Origin: Macrostomum lignano
Taxonomy: Eukaryota
Reading direction: 5' to 3'
Length of the DNA: 64,000 nt
Assembly: GCA_002269645.1 (NCBI GenBank)
Contig: NIVC01000713.1
Span: 62,001-126,000 of the forward strand
Shown: in pieces, positions 57,463-64,000 of the stretch
Layout: every line of letters starts with the position of its first letter
Position numbering within the stretch: position 1 is the first letter of the stretch
Translations under genes and position numbers: made by a program
The notes under the pieces: model-generated
Database searches by the model: none
The model's input: the letters and a program-made list of their open reading frames with translations, nothing else
Told to the model about the DNA's origin: nothing

Positions 57463-60400
57463 CTATTGGCGAGAGAAAAAATTATACCAGAATGCCGTCG
57501 TGAATTCGCATAAATTAAAAAGGAAAAAAACTATTCTGTAGACGAAAACATAAATTTTTATAAATGTATGTTTAAAAATCGATAAAAAATCTTAGCTATA
57601 AAAAACTTTTTTCTATGGCACAAGTGCCTTTCTCTTAGAACGTTGCAAATACAAAACTTTGTGCAATATATATTTTTTAATTTTTCGCATTTAGCAATTC
57701 AACTCTAGCTACGGCGGAATATTCAGACAATTTTAGTAGTGGCATCGGACGACAACCAATAGTTTTTTTATACGCAGATGTATTTTCAATTATCTTAGTT
57801 AGTTCTGATTCTGGCTCGAAATTACGTGAAGTACGAGCATTTAAATCATAAGATAATTTTCTAGTTTAACGAAACCAGTTCTAGGAAGCCTTCTAGGAAC
57901 TTCTTCCCATAATTAAATAAGATTAGCTATTCAAGGTGTGCGTAGAACCAGCAAAAAAATACTGAACTAAACTAATGCAGACATCAATTTAATAGCGGAA
58001 ATTATTAGTTTTTAATTTTTTTATTATCAGCTTGAAAAACAAATTTTAATAAGCAGCACACTTACTAAGGACTTGTGAAATCAGTAGCTAGCATAAGTAC
58101 GAGTATATGGATTGTATGCGAATTCATTTAGGCAAAGTGACTAACTAGCACTGTTAAAGCTTATATTTTAAAACGCATCTTTCTTAATAAACTATACGCC
58201 TAAAAATTACTAAATTCTGTAAACAAGCTTTCAAACAGAAAAGTGAGCGATTGTAGTATTGGCGTTGTGAAGTTTACTTTAGCGTGTGACGTTTACCAGC
58301 AAAGCGATGCAAAAATGTATTCGTCACGTATTTACACAAGTAAACAAGCCGCGGGAGATTTTATAGAGGTGTTTAGTTGCAGTAAAATTTAAAATTTGTA
58401 GGTTTTTTGAGAACGCGCCATATTCCTTCATTACCAGATATCGAGCTCAACCTATACTACAGCGAATATATGTAGCAGCTACACCTCTGCTCAGCATAGG
58501 GGTCGTCCACGTACTCGCACTAGCTAAAGCCGGTTGGAAATATGAATAATTAATGAGCTTGTACGTAGCAATCGGCGGTAGTTGGGAAACGCAGGACTCA
58601 CTAGTGAGGTTCAGATGGCCCAGTGCGAGCTGCACTATAAACCGTGGCTCTAAGCAGTAAAAATTCAGAAGAGAGAATTCGATTAGTAACTTTTATCGCG
58701 TTGCAGCCTGTGCGGACAATCCATTTTTTTCGATCTCTTCTAGGGACGGTTTCCCTCTTATAGCGTAAGTATATTGAAAAGTAGCCTATTCCCTATGTAC
58801 TGCTGTAGTAAATATGGTTTTATTGCTGACTTGCTCTAAAACTACACGAACTGAAGAGCTACATTATTCAAGATATATATCTACAATGTTGTTAAAAAGC
58901 TCGATTTGCTTGTTTTTATGTTAAATTTTAACAGGATACAGCTAGATTTTATCAAAGAAAAATTTACTTTTTGCTTTGCCGAATAGTCTAATCTTGATTT
59001 TTTGCAGTTTTTTTCCACCGACTAAAATCTTCAAAAACATTTAGCTGGCTGAATAAGCTGTTTTGATCAATTAAAATTGAATCGGTATTTGTAGTAGCTG
59101 CAGAAATTTCCTAATATTACTACGGATTTCAATAAATTTAAACAAAGATGATTCCAACTATTCCAACAGAAATGCATTGACGAGATGCCAATGATGAGGA
59201 ACCAGTGAATAGAATGAATTGGCTAGCTGTTGCAGTCAATCATTCATAGTGCGTATCTACTCAGCTGTATTTGGAAACAGACGGAGGACAAAGAGAGCTG
59301 CACAATGACAGATAGAAGGCAGGCAAACAAGCAAATGTAACCTCTCCTTTATTGCAAGACGTCAGTTTTACAATCAGTTGAATTGTCGACGGTAAAAAGC
59401 TTCTCTTAGATAGATCGCAGCTATAAACTGAAGCGCTCGCCCCCAACCAGCGCTAAAAGGATGTTAATTTTAGAACAATGAAATCCTATGGCTATAGAGC
59501 CCCTACGGACTGTGTCAAGTCAAATTCAGTGGACGAGAGACAGCTAAGCCACAAGTAGATTTCCCGCTAAATCTTACTGAGAACTATACAAGCTACAAGA
59601 GTGTCACACTTCAATCAGGCCAATGCAGAGAGTGGCTATAAGAACAAGATTCCGCAAGTGCCGCATTGTAAATACACTTAGCTATTTCTGTGTGAAAGTG
59701 CCACAAAATTAACTCGCTCGCAATGCTCCCGAGCTGCACAAAAGCCGAAGGTTTCCCGTAGCCACTTGTGCAACGCGAACCTCTGAGAACCTGACCAGCT
59801 GGTGGTTGCGGACGTCAGGAAAAGCATCCTTCAAGTTTTCTCCGTGCTTGACTATAACTAACAGCTCACAGTAAAGTAGTGATGGAATTCTAAGCCCGCC
59901 CCAAGCTGAAGCTGTGCTATATGAAGTGTACTGCCCCGATTGGTAATATGATAGAAAACCCACAAAAACTGGATCCCAACACACACTGGTGAAGCGACTC
60001 GTGATATATGAAGTTGGTATAGTACGAGTGTACGTTTTTTATTATAATTCCAAGTGGTATATAGAGGGAATCTATCAAACTGTAAGACGCGTCCAAATGC
60101 GCTTATGCTCCCAATATAGGCGATCCAATATCGTAATCATTCGATGGCTCAGGATATTTCTGTACTGATATCAAGGCAAACTTATGGGTGGTAAAAATTG
60201 ACTATTTTATTGTTGATTTACAGTTCTTATTCATAATACTTTGCAGGTAAGAATATTACTCGTACCAATCAATCAAGCACACCAAGCTTAATTCCTATAA
60301 GTCTAGACAGACTTGTAAGATTAAAAGGTCAGAAATATGTTTTGTTTTGTCATTCTTTTAATCTCATAGAACAGTTTTTTACATGATACCTGGCTTCAGA

Positions 60401-62262
60401 AGAAAAATTGCAGGTTTCTAGTAGCTAGCTATATAGTCAGACGATTACGAGGCATATATGGTATTTCAGCTGCATGCAACAGCTACGAACTAGTAGCTAA
60501 TGCGATCGACAAAAGATGGGATAGTATCAGGTGATGAAACAGAAGCAGCTGTTTTTAAAATCGACAAAAATGATGCGAACACCCTTCCTAAGCTTGTCTT
60601 TGACTTCTTGCACTAAAGTTGCTTTAGCTCCACTCTGTCTGTCTATCCTGCAGTTGGCAAGGTGAAACACGAAGACCTCCCATGGATTAGCCTTTCAACC
60701 GCGACGTGAAAACCTTCCTCAGACACGACTATTTCAATGACCGAAAAAAGGTGTGTCCCCGAAGTTGAGGCGCATGTTAGGACGACCTTCGCTAATGGGT
60801 TGCCTGGAAAGTTCAGTGCCAGAAAAAATCTTTGCAAGCGCGGAATTTTTCATTTCTTTTGCTTTCTTCGCGTCGCTACTACGTCAGAAAATTGCGCCCG
60901 CCATAGTGCCAGAAGCTGCAGCGCTTAGGCAATAAAAACTTTGAAAACTATAAAGCGCCGTGGAAGCAACATTTCTGCAACCACTACCAGCAGAATGTGC
61001 TGCCGTAGATGAGATTGGCGCGACTAGCTGTGCACAGGACATCTTTGCTAAATTGCGTTTCACACTGCAGCTTGGGTGACGCAATTTTAATTGCTGCAAC
61101 AGAATCTTTTGCCTAGGACCACTTGGTCCAATTTCACTTAAAAATGTTTTTTTTCACCAGTTTGACAACTTTTCTCTTTTTGAACTTTAGCATGCTCTTT
61201 TTATCGGATAACGGATACTCATAATGTTACTGATACATAAGCAGACAACCTCTCTCACACAATCCATACAGCGGCCCTAATAACTTTCTCATTGTCAGGC
61301 AGTGTACACATTCTGCGTCTCGAGTGATTGGCCCTAGTGAACGATGAGTGTACAAGCAAAACAATTTTTATGCAGCGAGTACAGCGAGCCGCAAACAATG
61401 GACGTCGCTGGCAAATGGGTATTTTCGACGACATGCGCCGGGCAAGATTCAAGGCAATCTACAGAGATCCAGTTGGCAGCAATGTCAGCCAACTTCAAGG
61501 GGTTTGACGCTAAGCGCTAACCGCTGTCAAATCGTCGGACCTTCAGATACGCCGTGCAATAGCTGCGGCTGAGCTGTTGGTTGCACATCTGCACATTAGA
61601 GCACGTGTAATCAATTATTATTGTTATAGCTATTTTAGCCGTTGAGCAATTTAAATTTGATGCAAATTTGAATTTACCGGGGAGGGACCATCTGCGGAAG
61701 CAGTTAAGCAAAAATTGCTAGTAAAATGTTTTGGAAATAGAAAAAGCTATAATTCTTCTGGGTTCTTTCAATTGCCAGTCTTCAATATACATGCATTATT
61801 TTACAAAACGAAAATGACCATAAACTTGTTAAACCACATCGTATCAAACTCTTACTCGTATTATCTTCTAAATTACAGAAGTTGATAAAACTAATTTATC
61901 TTCGTATCATCCGACGACAAAAGCATTCTAGAAGGCGACAAACCTTAGGCAATTAGAATTCCAATGAAAAAGGGATAGCGTTTTTCGTTCAACGTGCACT
62001 CACAAGTTTATCAAGCTATTATTGCTACGAATTGTTACCGGAGACCGGCAAACAACCCAAGTTCCGATAGAATTTCAGCTTCTGGATCCTTAGTGCATTC
62101 TTTCTACACAAGTTTTTCTAGCGCTTACACTCTCTGCCCAAGTCTATGGCCAAACCCTATAGAGCAATATGGTAAAGAAGCAATTTTTGCTATATAGGTT
62201 TAGAAAACACAACTGTACTTTAGGCGCGGCTCTCTTCAATAATTTGTTGATGTTGTACTGTT

Positions 62263-64000
62263 TGACTTACTTGACTTAGCTGCAGGGTGGTCCGTAGACA
62301 CAGCGGGGAGGCGAGGGTCGCCCATTCCGCTAGCCCCTGAAGGCCCGCAGACAGGCAGAGGCGTGGGGCCGGTCAGGGTGGTCCGCCGGTCCGTCCTGCA
62401 GCGTGATCTTCCGTTGGGAAGAAACTGGCTCGTCTAGTCGCCCGAAGGAACTGGATGAGCCGTGGGATGCTGTCGGGCTGGCAAACCTCGTCAATGGACG
62501 GGTTCGGCCCGAGGTAGCGTAGCCGGTCTCTGTTAAAGAAAGGACAGTGACAGACAAAGTGCTGAGCATCTTCATTGTCGCACTCGCAAAAGGGGCAAAT
62601 TTCGCTCTCGAGGTCGCCTCGGAGGAAGCAGTGCCTGGCGAGGTAGCCATGGCCGGTAAGGGTCATGACAAGGGCTCGAATATCCTTCCGATTCTGGTTC
62701 AGAAGGATGTTTCTGAGCCTGTGAGACGGGCAAGGAACCGCGGCACGAGATTGCCGGCAGTTTTGGGTGCCCGCCCATCTGTCCCTGTGGAGGGAGTCAG
62801 CCCAGTCGTCGATCTGACGATTGATGACTGTCAAGGGCATAGGGACCAGGGGGGCAGGGCCGAAAAAAGAGCCAGAGCCGCCCCTCTTGGCGAGGGTGTC
62901 TGCCAGCTCGTTCCCCGGAAACCCTGCGTGCCCTGGGATCCACTTCAGCCTGACAGTATTGCTTCTGGCCAGGAGGTTGAGCTGCCGGGCGCAGTCGGCG
63001 ACTGTCCGGGAGTTCGTTGTGGTGTGGCAAAGGGCCTGTAAGGCCGCTTGGCTGTCGGAGTGGATGACAATAGTCTTTCCTCTCGTAACCTTGGCGTTTA
63101 GCTCTGCAGCGCAAGAGCTGATGGCAAGGACTTCGTTCTGGAAGACTGTGGAGAGTCTACCAGTGTGCTGGGCATGCGTGGCAATTACGCGGCCGTTGAT
63201 GATGATGCAGACCCCAAAGCCGGCGCGACCGTCTTTGATGGATCCGTCCGTGTAGCAATGGACCTCCTGGAAATTCCAGTGGTCATTGGCAGCATCCCTA
63301 GAGGGGATGGTGACCTTGTAGCGCTGAAAGAGGTTGAGAGTGCGGGGTTCGCCGTCAGATAGGACGTGGAGCCCGCCGCTGTCTCTCAAGTCCTTGAGGC
63401 AGAGGTCAGCGTGGGGCAGAAGCTTGCGCTTAGCCATGGCCCTATGGGGCTGGATTCGAATGCCAGCGTCAGCTAGACGGCGGGCAGTCTTAGCCGCTTC
63501 CCTGCGGACAAAGATGTCCAGCGGAGGAATGTTGAGGAAGGCGTTGAGGCCATCGTAAGGAGCAGACGGAGGGGCGCTCATGATCGTGCGACAAGCGCGC
63601 CCTTGCGCTCTCCTGAGAGCCTCTAGACAGGTCTTTATCTGCAGGGCGCTAGCCCAGATCAGGCCGCCATACGAGATAGCGGGCCTAACCATTGCAGTGT
63701 AGATCCACCAGAGGCGCTTGGGGGTGAGCCCCCAGGTGGTGCCGACGGCCCTGCGCAATTGCGCGAGGACTGCGAAGGCCTTTTTGGCTTTTGTTTGAAC
63801 GTGGGGAGACCAGTTCAGCCTGTGGTCCAGGGTAATACCCAGACATTTAGTCTGCTTGCAGAAGGGGATTTCCCTTCCGTAAAGCGTGAGCGGCCGAATC
63901 TGCCACTTGGTCCTGCTGGTGAACATGATCGCTGCGGTCTTAGTCTCAGAGAGCCTTAAACCACAGCGGTCCGCCCATTGCTCAGCAGCGTAGATGAAGT
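62263..64000 (-). mobile_element. LOA/R1-type LINE, 3' portion (continues beyond window)
   Basis: GC-rich block with a sharp boundary, an intact ORF, a short 3' UTR and a TAAGTCAAGTAAGTCA tail at ~62264-62280. Confidence 0.9.
62373..64000 (-). CDS. LINE ORF2 C-terminal half: RT thumb, RNase H and Cys/His motif
   Basis: The frame is open to base 64000. Motifs: KCLGITLD, WGLTPKRLWWIYTAMVRPAISYG; RNase H YTDGS, VFQNEV, HSDSQAAL, WIPGHAGFPGNELAD; LTGHGYL; CPFC...HFVCHCP. Confidence 0.93.
   Translation of the reverse strand, partial: FIYAAEQWADRCGLRLSETKTAAIMFTSRTKWQIRPLTLYGREIPFCKQTKCLGITLDHRLNWSPHVQTKAKKAFAVLAQLRRAVGTTWGLTPKRLWWIYTAMVRPAISYGGLIWASALQIKTCLEALRRAQGRACRTIMSAPPSAPYDGLNAFLNIPPLDIFVRREAAKTARRLADAGIRIQPHRAMAKRKLLPHADLCLKDLRDSGGLHVLSDGEPRTLNLFQRYKVTIPSRDAANDHWNFQEVHCYTDGSIKDGRAGFGVCIIINGRVIATHAQHTGRLSTVFQNEVLAISSCAAELNAKVTRGKTIVIHSDSQAALQALCHTTTNSRTVADCARQLNLLARSNTVRLKWIPGHAGFPGNELADTLAKRGGSGSFFGPAPLVPMPLTVINRQIDDWADSLHRDRWAGTQNCRQSRAAVPCPSHRLRNILLNQNRKDIRALVMTLTGHGYLARHCFLRGDLESEICPFCECDNEDAQHFVCHCPFFNRDRLRYLGPNPSIDEVCQPDSIPRLIQFLRATRRASFFPTEDHAAGRTGGPP

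Noticed and set aside
59460-61700. Several 60-90 aa ORFs and coding-looking stretches
   Set aside because: No motifs, in-frame stops and no consistent exon chain could be established.

Overview
Repeat-rich invertebrate (metazoan) genomic DNA with short GT-AG introns. The style (GTCT satellites, minisatellite-filled introns, splice acceptors just before start codons) suggests a flatworm such as Macrostomum, but that is only an inference. Protein genes: (1) a 15-exon ARHGEF17-like RhoGEF (+, 16760-35411, ~1720 aa; DH-PH plus C-terminal propeller-like region); (2) a 3-exon DHRS7B-like short-chain dehydrogenase (-, 49710-45634, 315 aa); (3) an unrecognised 2-exon ~996-aa disordered/ER-K helical protein with six acidic-Trp repeats (-, 55075-52029); (4) a small 2-exon secreted 6-Cys peptide precursor that the ORF track misses (+, 10786-11152, 93 aa); (5) possibly part of another minus-strand gene near 56-57.5 kb. 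Mobile elements: a non-LTR retrotransposon with an uninterrupted ~1004-codon APE-RT frame running off the window start (absent from the ORF track), a decayed sister copy, a LOA/R1-type LINE with RNase H running off the window end, a probable solo LTR, a foldback element and tRNA-derived SINE-like pieces. There are over 20 distinct tandem arrays, including an 8.2-kb (GTCT)n array with higher-order structure. Most long ORFs on the track are repeat artefacts. All analysis was by eye; no searches were run.
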